DNA of 64,000 nt, from NCBI GenBank assembly GCA_045593025.1, contig JAZNVW010000016.1, forward strand, positions 44,537 through 108,536. The letters run 5' to 3'. The translations under genes and the position numbers were made by a program. Below, piece by piece: positions 1 to 9,484 of the stretch. This stretch comes from Ruminococcus sp. Its GTDB lineage: Bacteria; Bacillota; Clostridia; Oscillospirales; Acutalibacteraceae. The notes under the pieces were generated by a model. The model searched no databases. It saw only the letters and a program-made list of their open reading frames with translations, and was not told the DNA's origin. The number at the start of each line of letters is the position of its first letter. The first letter of the stretch is position 1.

Positions 1-1807
1 TCCCATTGCGGTACTTATTGCCTACTCCTTCAACGACAGCAAATCCTCCGTCTGGAGCGGTTTCACCTTTGATTGGTACATAAAGCTGTTTCAGGACCAG
101 GCTATTATGACAGCTCTGGGCAACACGCTGATTGTTGCTTTGCTTGCGGCTGTTTTCTCAACTATACTGGGTACGGTTGCATCTTTGGGTATGTATAACT
201 TCAAGGGTACAACAAGAAAAGTGATTCAGACTGTATCCAACATACCAATTATCAATCCCGAAATTGTAACAGGTATGTCGTTGATGCTTCTGTTTGTTTT
301 TCTGGGACAGATTCTCCACTTTGAGAACGGCTTTGTTACCCTGCTTTTGTCCCATATAGGATTCTGTACTCCTTATGTTATACTTTCGGTTACACCTAAG
401 CTCAGACAGATGGACAACCACCTCTTTGAGGCGGCTCAGGATTTGGGCTGTACTCAGCTTCAGGCATTCTTTCAGGTTGTAATCCACGAGCTTCTTCCCG
501 GTATTGTTTCCGGTTTTCTTATAAGCTTCACTTACTCCCTTGATGACTTTATCATCTCTTTCTTCACAAGCGGAAAAATGCAGACTCTCCCCATTGAGAT
601 TTACACTATGCTCAAAAAGAGAGTTTCTCCGAAAATCAATGCTTTGTCTACAATCCTCTTTGTAATTATCTTTGCTGTACTTATCATCACCAACATCTCC
701 GGTGCAAATAAGGAAAAGAAAAACAAAGAAGTAAACAACGCAAATAACGGAAAGAAGATGCTTTGTCTGGCACTTGCTCTTATTATTCTTTTAGGAGGAA
801 TTGTGGGCTACTCCAGATGCTCAAACTACACTGCAGTAATTAACGTTTTCAACTGGGGTGAAAACATTGCAAACGGTGAAGACGGTACTCTTGACGTTAT
901 TGCAGAGTTTGAGAAAAAATACAATGTTAAAGTCAATTACAACGAATATGAGTCCAACGAGGAAATGTACGCAAAGCTTCAGAACGAAAGCTACGATGTT
1001 ATCATTCCTTCCGACTATATGATTGGCAAACTGATTGCAGAGGATATGCTTCTTCCCCTTGACTTTGACAACATCCCCAACTATAAAAACATTGCAGACG
1101 AATACAAAAATCTGCCCTATGACCCGAATAACGAATACTCTGTACCCTATACCTGGGGCGTTGTGGCACTTTGTTACAACGAGAATATGGTGTCCGGCGA
1201 GGTTACAGGCTTTGATGCTCTCTGGAACGAGGCTGATAAGGGAGAAATCTTGATGTTCAACAACAGCCGTGATGCACTTGCCATTGCAATGCAGAGGCTG
1301 GGAATTGACCCTTCAAACCCCACAAAAGAGGATATCGACAAGGCTTGCGAGCTTCTTAAAGAGCAGAAACCTCTTGTTCAGAACTATGTAATGGACCAGG
1401 TTTACGACCTTATGGAGTGTGACCAGTCTGCTATTGCTCCTTATTACGCAGGCGACATCTATTATATGATGGATAACAACGAGGCTCTTAACTACTGCCT
1501 GCCCGAAGAAGGCACAAACTTCTTTGTTGATGCTATGTGTGTTCCCAAGAACGCAGAAAACCCCGAGCTTGCAGAAATGTTTATAAACTTTATGCTTGAA
1601 CCTGAGGTTGGAGTTTCCAACAGCGAGTACATCGGATATGCCTCTCCCAACAAAGAAGCGGTAGCTCTCCTTGACGAGGAAATAAGAAACAACATACTTA
1701 TCTATCCTCCCAAAGAATACCTTGATAAATGCTATATGTACTCAAACACTCCTGCTGACATTTACAATTACATGCAAGAGAAGTTCATTGAAGCATCCAC
1801 AAGCTGA
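1..1807 (+). CDS. ABC polyamine-type transporter permease (PotC-like, 5' end outside window) fused to a PotD-like spermidine/putrescine-binding domain
   Basis: The frame is open from base 2 (..FNDSKSSVWSGFTFDWYIKLFQDQAIM..), so the Met at 107 is internal. It has the EAA-loop motif FEAAQDLGC, a K/N-rich linker and a hydrophobic anchor LCLALALIILLGGIVG. A solute-binding-protein-like region follows (YDVIIPSDYM, VPYTWG). Confidence 0.8.
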   Translation, partial: PIAVLIAYSFNDSKSSVWSGFTFDWYIKLFQDQAIMTALGNTLIVALLAAVFSTILGTVASLGMYNFKGTTRKVIQTVSNIPIINPEIVTGMSLMLLFVFLGQILHFENGFVTLLLSHIGFCTPYVILSVTPKLRQMDNHLFEAAQDLGCTQLQAFFQVVIHELLPGIVSGFLISFTYSLDDFIISFFTSGKMQTLPIEIYTMLKKRVSPKINALSTILFVIIFAVLIITNISGANKEKKNKEVNNANNGKKMLCLALALIILLGGIVGYSRCSNYTAVINVFNWGENIANGEDGTLDVIAEFEKKYNVKVNYNEYESNEEMYAKLQNESYDVIIPSDYMIGKLIAEDMLLPLDFDNIPNYKNIADEYKNLPYDPNNEYSVPYTWGVVALCYNENMVSGEVTGFDALWNEADKGEILMFNNSRDALAIAMQRLGIDPSNPTKEDIDKACELLKEQKPLVQNYVMDQVYDLMECDQSAIAPYYAGDIYYMMDNNEALNYCLPEEGTNFFVDAMCVPKNAENPELAEMFINFMLEPEVGVSNSEYIGYASPNKEAVALLDEEIRNNILIYPPKEYLDKCYMYSNTPADIYNYMQEKFIEASTS

Positions 1808-1853
1808 TAACAAAACAAAGCACCTGACATTTCAAATCTGTCAGGTGCTTTTT

Positions 1854-2345
1854 CTATTGATATGTAAAGTCTGCCGAAAGGTTTATTTCTTCAATAGAAA
1901 TATTTTGTATATTGCCCTTGCTGTCTGTAGTGGCTTTGTAGTGACCGCTTGCACACTCTCCTTCATACAAGGCAACGCCATCGGAAAAGGATGTGCACTC
2001 CTCAACTCGCGACAGAGCACAGAACACATTGTATAAAGCCTCTGCAAAACATTCCTTTGGTAAATAGCCTTTCTGAGTTTTGCAGTGAAGTCCGTCATAG
2101 ATAAGCTCAAAGCCGTCGCTCCACTTGTAGGTAAGTCCCCATAACTCATCGGGAGTGGTAACCTTCACCGAAGCAGCCCCCTGCATAGTAGAGGAAATCT
2201 CTGCTTCTAAGCCTTTTAAGGCATAGTCATCAGAAATTCTGACCTTTGCCGAAAAATCAAGCACAGGGTTCAAAGGCTTTTGAGCCGTGCAACCTGTAAC
2301 TCCTGCTATAAAAATACATAATATTGCTAAAAAAAGTCTTTTCAC
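1854..2345 (-). CDS. hypothetical lipoprotein
   Basis: ORF 1854..2360. An internal GTG at 2345 is preceded by GAGG and gives MKRLFLAILCIFIAGVTGC, a lipobox-type signal peptide. No family recognised. Confidence 0.55.
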   Translation of the reverse strand: MKRLFLAILCIFIAGVTGCTAQKPLNPVLDFSAKVRISDDYALKGLEAEISSTMQGAASVKVTTPDELWGLTYKWSDGFELIYDGLHCKTQKGYLPKECFAEALYNVFCALSRVEECTSFSDGVALYEGECASGHYKATTDSKGNIQNISIEEINLSADFTYQ

Positions 2346-2389
2346 GCAAAGCCTCAGCAAAACAAACTTACATTAAACATCACTTTGTT

Positions 2390-3262
2390 TCAGCTTAAGC
2401 ATTCCTTTATGGCTTTTGGAATTCTTTCTGTTATATCTGAAGGAATAAGGGAGTACTCGGTAAGCTCTTCCTTTGCAATATCCCCTGCAAGACCGTGAAG
2501 ATATGCACCAGCCACAGCAGAAAGGGCAGGGTCTGCTCCTTGTGCCATCAAGGCCCCTATCATTCCCGAAAGCACATCACCGCTTCCTGCTACTGCCATT
2601 CCTGCATTGCCTGTGGGGTTCATATATCCATCGGAGTTTTTACTTGCAATCAGGGTGTCTTTGCCTTTGAGCACAAGGGTGACACCGTATTCATCAGCAA
2701 AGTTTTGTGCAACTGATACGCGATTCTCTCTGATATAGGATGATGCAAAACCTGTAAGTCTTGACATTTCACCCTCGTGAGGAGTAAGAACCAAAGGATA
2801 CACTCTGTCCTTCAGAATATGTATATGCTTTGACAGAGCATTTATGCCGTCAGCATCAAGCAAAAGCGGGGTTTTGCATTCACTGATAAGAGATATAACC
2901 AGCTCCTCGGTATCAGCACACAGCTTACTTCCGCACCCCATTACCACTGCATCTGCCTTATTGGCATATTTAATAATTTCCTTTATTGCGTCAGAGCTTA
3001 TTGCACCATCTTCATTTTCAGGGAGTACCAGAAAAACTGCCTCAGGCACACAGGCTGATACAATAGGATAAATACTCTTTGGCACAGCTACACGCACAAA
3101 CCCTGCACCTGTACGCAGTGCTGCTTTTGCGCACAACACAGCGGCTCCAGCCATAGAGTAACTGCCGCACACACAAAGCAAAGAGCCTACGCTGTATTTA
3201 TTGGCGCAGGCTTGTCTTTGGGGCAATATTTCTTTGACAATCCTTTTATCTGTAACTGTCAT
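2390..3262 (-). CDS. nnrD: ADP-dependent NAD(P)H-hydrate dehydratase (YjeF C-terminal/carbohydrate-kinase type)
   Basis: 290 aa with motifs typical of the YjeF_C family: KYSVGSLLCVCGS, LTPHEGE, GNAGMAVAGSGDVLSG. Confidence 0.8.
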   Translation of the reverse strand: MTVTDKRIVKEILPQRQACANKYSVGSLLCVCGSYSMAGAAVLCAKAALRTGAGFVRVAVPKSIYPIVSACVPEAVFLVLPENEDGAISSDAIKEIIKYANKADAVVMGCGSKLCADTEELVISLISECKTPLLLDADGINALSKHIHILKDRVYPLVLTPHEGEMSRLTGFASSYIRENRVSVAQNFADEYGVTLVLKGKDTLIASKNSDGYMNPTGNAGMAVAGSGDVLSGMIGALMAQGADPALSAVAGAYLHGLAGDIAKEELTEYSLIPSDITERIPKAIKECLS

Positions 3263-3271
3263 ATTATCACC

Positions 3272-3823
3272 TTATTTTCTATTGTAGAAAAACTTAATAA
3301 CCATTTCACGGGTCATATAAGGACGCATACCCTCGATAATCTTCTGATTCGGAGAGAAAATCAGAAGGCACTTGCCCTTGCCGCTTTCGCGGTATACACA
3401 GTAGTAGCTGTCTGCTTCATTACCGTTTGAGCAATCGCGGGTGCGGGCGTATCTTGCAGAAGGGATATTGTCGCCTTCAATCTTGCCCATATCCTCTATG
3501 GAGTTTATTTCCATCTTTACAAACTTTTTGCGGTTTTTCTTGTTGATAACCTTATCAATATAGAAGATATTGCCCATTACAGAGTAATCAAACTCAACCT
3601 TGTTAATGCGTGGCAGTGCAATTATCAGCACAGTTACTGCCACAACTGCCACGATGAAGGTCAGCATAAGGAAGAAAATCTGTACAGTCGGGTCTGCAAT
3701 TACACAATATACTAAAATAAAGAGAACTTCAATCACAGCAAAAAAGCTAATCAGCAATGCAGAGATAAGCTTCTGCTTAATTCCCGACTGCCGTTTTACA
3801 ACCTGTTCGCAAAAAGTATCCAT
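3272..3823 (-). CDS. hypothetical membrane protein
   Basis: ORF 3272..3832. The ATG at 3823 has a GGTGA RBS 5 nt upstream. Two adjacent hydrophobic helices (LISALLISFFAVIEVLFILVY.., FFLMLTFIVAVVAVTVLIIAL). No family recognised. Confidence 0.5.
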   Translation of the reverse strand: MDTFCEQVVKRQSGIKQKLISALLISFFAVIEVLFILVYCVIADPTVQIFFLMLTFIVAVVAVTVLIIALPRINKVEFDYSVMGNIFYIDKVINKKNRKKFVKMEINSIEDMGKIEGDNIPSARYARTRDCSNGNEADSYYCVYRESGKGKCLLIFSPNQKIIEGMRPYMTREMVIKFFYNRK

Positions 3824-3949
3824 AAATTTCACCTGTCCTAAGAATAATCTGATATTAAGTATAGCACATCAATTCTGTTTTTTCAACAAAACACTTGCCA
3901 AATTAACAATTTAGTGATAATATTATTTTTGATATTGTAGTGAAACGCT

Positions 3950-4203
3950 ATGACGAAGAAAGTAACTTTATCAAAGCTTTGCTAAAGAGAATGGTTGTCA
4001 CAGGCTGAGAGCAACCAGCAACGCAGATAAGGCGAAGTTCCCTTCTGAGCGGTGAGGCTGAAATTTTCAGTAGGTCTTGACGGCAGACCCCGTTACAGGT
4101 CGCAGGAGTGTTTGCTTCTTTGACTAAGCAAAAATCAGGGTGGTACCACGGATATTATTCGTCCCTGCGTGTGAGTTTCACGCAGGGCATTTTTATTTTT
4201 TTT
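3950..4203 (+). promoter_or_regulatory. T-box leader (tRNA-sensing riboswitch) controlling pheST
   Basis: Conserved T-box sequence AAUCAGGGUGGUACCACGG at 4131-4150. It overlaps a terminator stem CCCTGCGTG/CACGCAGGG (4163-4190) followed by a T-run (4191-4203). An AGAGA-containing Stem I region lies upstream, and UUC triplets are present at about 4038-4050. The 5' limit is approximate. Confidence 0.8.
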
Positions 4204-4216
4204 ACGGAGGAAACTT

Positions 4217-5269
4217 ATGGACGAGAAAATCATTGCATTAAAAAATGAAATCACCGACAAAGTCGCAGCTGCAAAAGACACAGCAGAGCTTGATGCAAGG
4301 CGTGTTGAGTATCTGGGCAAAAAGGGCAGCATTACAGCCCTTCTGAAGGGTATGAAAGACCTTTCGGCAGAAGAAAAGAAAACCTTTGGTGCAAAGGTAA
4401 ACGAACTTAAAGAATATGCCACACAACTTATTGAGGATAAAACTCAGGAACTCAAGGACCTGGAAATCCAAAAAGAGCTGGCTTGTATGCCCCTCTTTGA
4501 CATCACCACCCCTGCAAACCTTGACCGCGGTTCTTATCACCCCATTACACTGGTACAGCGTCAGTGTGAGACTATCTTCAAATCCATGGGTTTTGCAGTT
4601 ATCGACTACCCCGAGGTAGTTACCGACTATGAGTGCTTTGGGGCTCTCAATATCCCCAAGCACCACCCTGCCCGCGATATGCAGGACACCTACTATCTCG
4701 ACAACGGTCAGCTTCTTAAGTCCCACACCTCTGCCGCACAAAATGCAATTCTTAAGAAGTACGGCAAGAATCTTATAGAAAACGGTGTGCCCATCAAGGC
4801 TATCTTCCCCGGAAGATGCTTCCGTAATGAGGCAACCGATGCCTGCCACGAAAACACCTTCTTCCAGATGGAGGGTGTTATGGTTGACAAGGATATTTCT
4901 ATCTCCAACCTTATTTACTTTATGAAAACTATGCTTTCCGAGGTGTTCAGAAAAGACATCAAGGTACGTTTGCGTCCCGGCTTCTTCCCCTTTGTTGAGC
5001 CCGGTTTTGAGCTTGACATCAGCTGTCTTATCTGCGGCGGTGAAGGCTGTCCCTCCTGCAAGCAGAGCGGTTGGCTGGAGCTTTGCCCCTGCGGTATGAT
5101 TCACCCCAACGTACTCAGAGAGGGCGGTATTGACCCTGAGGAGTACACAGGCTTTGCCTTTGGACTTGGACTTACAAGACTTGCTATGATGAAGTACGGA
5201 GTTAAGGACATCCGCGACCTGAACTCAGGCAAGCTTAAAGTGCTTGAGCAGTTTACAGACGACGAATAA
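4217..5269 (+). CDS. pheS: phenylalanine--tRNA ligase alpha subunit
   Basis: 350 aa with class II aaRS motifs (HPARDMQDTYY, FPGRCFRNE, GFAFGLGLTRLAM). RBS GGAGG lies upstream. Confidence 0.95.
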   Translation: MDEKIIALKNEITDKVAAAKDTAELDARRVEYLGKKGSITALLKGMKDLSAEEKKTFGAKVNELKEYATQLIEDKTQELKDLEIQKELACMPLFDITTPANLDRGSYHPITLVQRQCETIFKSMGFAVIDYPEVVTDYECFGALNIPKHHPARDMQDTYYLDNGQLLKSHTSAAQNAILKKYGKNLIENGVPIKAIFPGRCFRNEATDACHENTFFQMEGVMVDKDISISNLIYFMKTMLSEVFRKDIKVRLRPGFFPFVEPGFELDISCLICGGEGCPSCKQSGWLELCPCGMIHPNVLREGGIDPEEYTGFAFGLGLTRLAMMKYGVKDIRDLNSGKLKVLEQFTDDE

Positions 5270-5283
5270 GGAGGGTATAAGAT

Positions 5284-7653
5284 ATGTTATTATCGATGAA
5301 TTGGATTGAGGATTTCGTAGACCTAACCGGTCTTGACAAACTCGAACTTATCCATAAACTTTCACTTTCAACTGCTGAGGTTGAAAACGAGATTTTCTTC
5401 AAGGGTGCAGACCTTTCAGGCGTTGTAGTTGCAGAGATTATGTCTGTAGAGGAACATCCCGAGTCAAAGAAACTTCACCTGTTGAAAGTTGACGCAGGCG
5501 ACGGAAAGCTTACCGATGTTGTCTGCGGTGCACCTAATGTAAGAGTTGGTATGAAGACCGCCTTTGCAAAGGTTGGTGCAAAACTCGGCGAAATTGAGAT
5601 TGCTCCCAGACCCCTTGCAGGTTTTATGTCCCATGGAATGTGCTGCTCGGAAGCTGAAATCGGTATTTCCGACGACCACTCAGGCATTATCGACATCACA
5701 GAAGACGCCAAAAACGGCACCGACATCAAAGAGCTTTATGCTATTGACGACATCGTATTTGAAATTGACAACAAGTCACTTACAAACAGACCTGACCTGT
5801 GGAGCCACTACGGCTTTGCCCGTGAGTTTGCAGCACTTGCAGGCAGAGAGCTTAAAGCTCTTGAGTGCGAGGAGCTTACTCAGTATGACAATCTCAAAAA
5901 GATTGATATGAAAATTCTGGACCCTCTGTGCCAGAGATACTCCTGTATGCAGGTTGAAAACATCACCCGCTCTGTAAGCCCCGTTAATATGAGAATCCGC
6001 CTTTTCTACTGCGGTATGAGAGGCATCAACTTCCTTGCTGACCTGACAAACTACCTTATGCTTGAGGTTGGTCAGCCTATGCACGCTTTTGACTCCAGAA
6101 AGGTTGAGAAAATCCGAATCAAGCGTTTTGACACTCCCTTTACTTTCCAGACTTTGGATGGTGTTGAGCGTAACATTGACGAGAACACACTTATGATTTG
6201 CAACGACAACACACCTGTTGCCATTGCAGGTATTATGGGCGGTCTGGACAGCGAGATTGTTGAGGACACCACAACCCTCACCCTTGAATCTGCTACCTTT
6301 GACGCGGTTTCTATCCGCAAATCCACAGTTCGTCTCTCCCACAGGACAGACGCTTCCATGCGTTATGAAAAGTGCCTTGACCCTGAGATGACAACTCTTG
6401 CTATCGGCAGGTTTATAAATCTTCTGAAGAAATATGACAACGGTGCTCAGGTTGTATCCGCTCTCACAGACGAGTACGCATACAAGTATGACACAGTAAC
6501 TCTTGACTTTGACAAGAAGTTTGTTGACCGCTACACAGGCATTGAGATAAGCAACGAGACTATCGTTAAAACTCTCACCGATTTAGGCTTCAAGGTAACA
6601 CTTGAGGGTGACAGCTTCTCTGTTATTGTTCCCTCTTGGAGAGCAACAAAGGATGTTACCATCAAGGCTGACATCATTGAGGAAATCACCCGTATTTACG
6701 GCTACGATAACTTTGATATCAACACCACACGTTCTCCCCTGTACCCTGTTCGTGCAGAAGCAGTAAAGAATAACGAGGACAGAATCAAAGATATTCTTGT
6801 AAAGAAATATAACCTCCATGAGCTTCACTCCTACGTATGGGCATACAATGACGAGATGAAGGCTCTGGGTATTCCTGTTGAGGAAAATGTCAGACTTGCA
6901 AACGCTACAAACCCCAACATTGAAACCCTGAGAAATTCTATCATCCCCACTCAGCTTTGCCAGCTTAAAACAAACACAGGCTATGGTGCTGACTTTGGTG
7001 TGTTTGAGGTAGGCAGAGTTATCAAGGGTCTGAAAGAAGACGGTCTTTGCAACGAGCAGAAGATGCTCGCAATTACTCTGTTCAGCAAGACCAAGGATAT
7101 GAAGGAGCTGTACCTTGAGCTTCGTGATATTATTGCAGTTATTGCAAGCGACTTAAAACACAAAACTCTCAGCTACCAAAAGGCAGAGCCTAAACACACA
7201 TACGAGCACCCTGTAAACCTTAACACCATTCTCATTGACGGCAAAGAGATTGGTACAATCGCTATTCTGCACCCTGTTGTAAGCAGAAATATCGACAAGA
7301 AGGCAAACATTGTATTTGCTGAGATTGATATGAGTGCTTTCACCGAGGCTGAGGTTGCTCCCATTGTATATGACGAGCCTTCCAAGTTCCCCTCTATGAC
7401 CTACGACATCAGCGTAGAGATTCCTGCAGGTGTACTCTTTGAAAGCCTTGAGAAGTGCTGGATGGACGAAGGCAAGGGTATTCTCAAAAGCACACGCATC
7501 GTAGATACCTACGATACCGAAGAAATTCACTCTATTACAATCCGCTTTGAGTTCTCCTCAAACGAGAGAACACTTTCAAGTACTGAGATTCAGGAGATTA
7601 TGGATAAGGTTATCAAGAATCTTTCTGCAATCGGTGTCACATTGAGAGGATAA
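5284..7653 (+). CDS. pheT: phenylalanine--tRNA ligase beta subunit
   Basis: 789 aa with an N-terminal tRNA-binding domain (VVVAEIMSVEEHPESKKLHLLKVD), B3/4 and B5 regions and a C-terminal FDX-ACB-like domain. It lies immediately downstream of pheS. Confidence 0.95.
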   Translation: MLLSMNWIEDFVDLTGLDKLELIHKLSLSTAEVENEIFFKGADLSGVVVAEIMSVEEHPESKKLHLLKVDAGDGKLTDVVCGAPNVRVGMKTAFAKVGAKLGEIEIAPRPLAGFMSHGMCCSEAEIGISDDHSGIIDITEDAKNGTDIKELYAIDDIVFEIDNKSLTNRPDLWSHYGFAREFAALAGRELKALECEELTQYDNLKKIDMKILDPLCQRYSCMQVENITRSVSPVNMRIRLFYCGMRGINFLADLTNYLMLEVGQPMHAFDSRKVEKIRIKRFDTPFTFQTLDGVERNIDENTLMICNDNTPVAIAGIMGGLDSEIVEDTTTLTLESATFDAVSIRKSTVRLSHRTDASMRYEKCLDPEMTTLAIGRFINLLKKYDNGAQVVSALTDEYAYKYDTVTLDFDKKFVDRYTGIEISNETIVKTLTDLGFKVTLEGDSFSVIVPSWRATKDVTIKADIIEEITRIYGYDNFDINTTRSPLYPVRAEAVKNNEDRIKDILVKKYNLHELHSYVWAYNDEMKALGIPVEENVRLANATNPNIETLRNSIIPTQLCQLKTNTGYGADFGVFEVGRVIKGLKEDGLCNEQKMLAITLFSKTKDMKELYLELRDIIAVIASDLKHKTLSYQKAEPKHTYEHPVNLNTILIDGKEIGTIAILHPVVSRNIDKKANIVFAEIDMSAFTEAEVAPIVYDEPSKFPSMTYDISVEIPAGVLFESLEKCWMDEGKGILKSTRIVDTYDTEEIHSITIRFEFSSNERTLSSTEIQEIMDKVIKNLSAIGVTLRG

Positions 7654-7676
7654 ACAAATCGAATATTGTTTCTCAC

Positions 7677-7710
7677 AAGGCTCCCTTTACACAAGGGAGC
7701 CTTACATTTG
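7677..7710 (+). terminator. putative intrinsic terminator after pheT
   Basis: 11-bp stem AAGGCTCCCTT/AAGGGAGCCTT (7677-7687 and 7693-7703). The T tail is weak. Confidence 0.45.
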
Positions 7711-7837
7711 CAACAAAACTGTTATATATTTAGGCTTGAATTCTATGAAAATATATAGTATAATTAATGTGGTATCAGATTTCAACTATTTCTGATACAT
7801 CCATATCCTATAATATATGTAATTGGAGGTGTTTCGG

Positions 7838-8083
7838 ATGTTGGATAAAACTATGGTATTCTCCCTTGGCGGTGACAGAGATGATGAGATGAAGCGTGCA
7901 CTTATGATTGTGTATGATGCTCTGAAGAAAAAGGGCTACAATCCTATCAACCAGATTGTAGGCTACATTCTCTCTGAGGACCCTACCTACATCACCACCT
8001 ACAACAACGCCCGGAATATCATTTCTAAAATTGACAGAGACGACCTGCTGGAGGCTCTTGTCAAATCATACATCAAGAGCTAA
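7838..8083 (+). CDS. ireB: IreB-family regulatory phosphoprotein (UPF0297)
   Basis: Sequence ..VYDALKKKGYNPINQIVGYILSEDPTYITTYNNARNIISKIDRDDLLEALVKSYI is typical of UPF0297/IreB. The ATG at 7838 follows a GGAGG RBS, so the listed start at 7823 is probably too early. Confidence 0.8.
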   Translation: MLDKTMVFSLGGDRDDEMKRALMIVYDALKKKGYNPINQIVGYILSEDPTYITTYNNARNIISKIDRDDLLEALVKSYIKS

Positions 8084-8097
8084 CGGAGGAATATATT

Positions 8098-8388
8098 TTG
8101 GCTAATAAAGAATTTTTCACATACAAAGGCAAGCCCCTTGTGCGCTGCGGTGACGAGTTGTATTACGGCTCAATGTCAGACAGATTTGTTATCCGTATGC
8201 AGGTAAAAACCAAAAAGGAAGTTAACGGTCTGCAGGTTGCAGACAAGGTTGCAATCCAGCTTCTGTGCACAGACCCCGATTTGAGCCCCAGAAAACAGAT
8301 TGTCAAGGTTTCTGAAAAGTCCGGTCTTTTCCTTGCTATGGATATTGCAGATATCTGGCTTCAGCGTGCACTCTCTGCAGAGGCTTAA
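8098..8388 (+). CDS. hypothetical protein
   Basis: 96-aa ORF with a TTG start 7 nt after GGAGG, followed by a strong terminator. No family recognised. Confidence 0.5.
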   Translation: MANKEFFTYKGKPLVRCGDELYYGSMSDRFVIRMQVKTKKEVNGLQVADKVAIQLLCTDPDLSPRKQIVKVSEKSGLFLAMDIADIWLQRALSAEA

Positions 8389-8400
8389 AAACAAACACAA

Positions 8401-8438
8401 CAGCCGTGGATGTAAAAATCCACGGCTGTTTTTGTTTT
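8401..8438. terminator. bidirectional intrinsic terminator
   Basis: 10-bp stem CAGCCGTGGA/TCCACGGCTG with T-rich tails on both strands. It sits between convergent genes. Confidence 0.7.
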
Positions 8439-8477
8439 ATATTATATTATTGAAAGAAGCTCCCTTCAAGATGAAGC

Positions 8478-8843
8478 TTACCGCTTATCAAGGTAAGTTT
8501 TTATAGCCTCAAGAGTGGTATCACTGATTACGTGCTCCATACGGCAGGCATCAGAAGATGCGGTTTCCTCGTCAACGCCAAGGCTTGCAAGAAACTGTGT
8601 GAGCACTCTGTGGCGGTCGTAAATTTTCTCTGCTACTTCCCTGCCGATATCTGTCAGTCTGATAAACCCGTTTTCATCCACAGTTATGTAACCGCCGTCA
8701 CGCAAAAGCTTTACCGCACGGCTGACAGAGGGCTTGGAGTAGTTGCGATACTCTGCCACATCCAGTGAACGTACCGTGTTCATTTTGTTTGAAAGTATTA
8801 AAATGGCCTCAAGATACATCTCGCCTGATTCCTGTAGGGGCAT
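8478..8843 (-). CDS. DtxR/MntR-family metal-dependent transcriptional repressor (short form, no SH3-like domain)
   Basis: 121 aa with a winged-HTH plus dimerisation pattern (YLEAILIL.., VAEYRNYSKPSVSRAVKLLRDGGYI, HRVLTQFL). It is divergent from feoAB. Confidence 0.8.
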   Translation of the reverse strand: MPLQESGEMYLEAILILSNKMNTVRSLDVAEYRNYSKPSVSRAVKLLRDGGYITVDENGFIRLTDIGREVAEKIYDRHRVLTQFLASLGVDEETASSDACRMEHVISDTTLEAIKTYLDKR

Positions 8844-9030
8844 ATCCGCGACCTCCTGCTTGTTAATTATTTATTTTATAATACCACATTCTATGCTTTA
8901 TTTCAAGTAAACAGCATATTTCATTCAAATAAATCATAATTAGTTTTGGATACTTTATTTATAAATCATCTGAATTTTTGCAATCTCATTGCAAAATCCG
9001 ACAAAAAACCAAAAAAGTGCACACAATCAC

Positions 9031-9059
9031 TTGACAAATACTGGAACATAGGTTATTAT
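9031..9059 (+). promoter_or_regulatory. sigma-A-type promoter for feoAB
   Basis: TTGACA (9031-9036), a 17-nt spacer, then TATTAT (9054-9059). Confidence 0.5.
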
Positions 9060-9063
9060 TGTA

Positions 9064-9117
9064 TCCAGTTAGCCACTGCTAACTGGATGTTTCAACTAAC
9101 AGTTAGTCATCGCTAAC
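9064..9117. promoter_or_regulatory. two palindromic operator-like sites (TTAGC-N4/5-GCTAA), candidate DtxR-family boxes
   Basis: TCCAGTTAGC-cact-GCTAACTGGA (9064-9087) is a perfect 10-bp inverted repeat. CAGTTAGtcatcGCTAAC (9100-9117) follows. Both lie just downstream of the -10 element. Confidence 0.5.
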
Positions 9118-9188
9118 AACCATAAACTTCTTGTTTTTACACAGACAGAATTCTTAAAATAATTCACCTTGTCTGTCGGGAGGAATAT

Positions 9189-9410
9189 ATGAAAACACTA
9201 AAAAATGCAAAAATCAAAGAAACCGTGAAGGTTGTTAAGGTTCACGGAGAAGGCGCCATCAGACGCAGAATTATGGATATGGGCATTACAAAGGGTGTTG
9301 AGGTTTATATCCGCAAGGTAGCACCTTTAGGCGACCCGATTGAAATAACTGTCCGAGGATATGAGCTTTCACTGCGTAAAGCTGACGCGGATATGATAGA
9401 AATAGAATGA
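9189..9410 (+). CDS. feoA: ferrous iron transport protein A
   Basis: 73 aa with the FeoA SH3-like pattern (RRIMDMGITKGVEVYIRKVAPLGDPIEI). Confidence 0.9.
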   Translation: MKTLKNAKIKETVKVVKVHGEGAIRRRIMDMGITKGVEVYIRKVAPLGDPIEITVRGYELSLRKADADMIEIE

Positions 9411-9414
9411 CACG

Positions 9415-9464
9415 TTCAGGGGAAGCCCCTGAATTTTTCCAGAATACAGTTAGCATCTGCTAAT
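9415..9464 (+). promoter_or_regulatory. feoA-feoB intergenic hairpin with T-run, plus a third TTAGC-N4-GCTAA site
   Basis: Stem TTCAGGGG/CCCCTGAA (9415-9434) is followed by TTTTT. CAGTTAGCatctGCTAA then lies at 9448-9464. Confidence 0.4.
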
Positions 9465-9484
9465 CAAGAAAGTGAGGAAACGCA

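Noticed and set aside
4020-4060. Assigning the exact T-box specifier codon
   Set aside because: Two UUC triplets occur in the plausible specifier region. Without folding Stem I, I cannot say which, if either, is the specifier. Phe specificity is inferred only from the downstream pheST genes.
4238-5104. 288-aa ORF antisense to pheS
   Set aside because: It lies entirely inside the well-supported pheS CDS on the opposite strand. It has no RBS and its composition is typical of antisense read-through.
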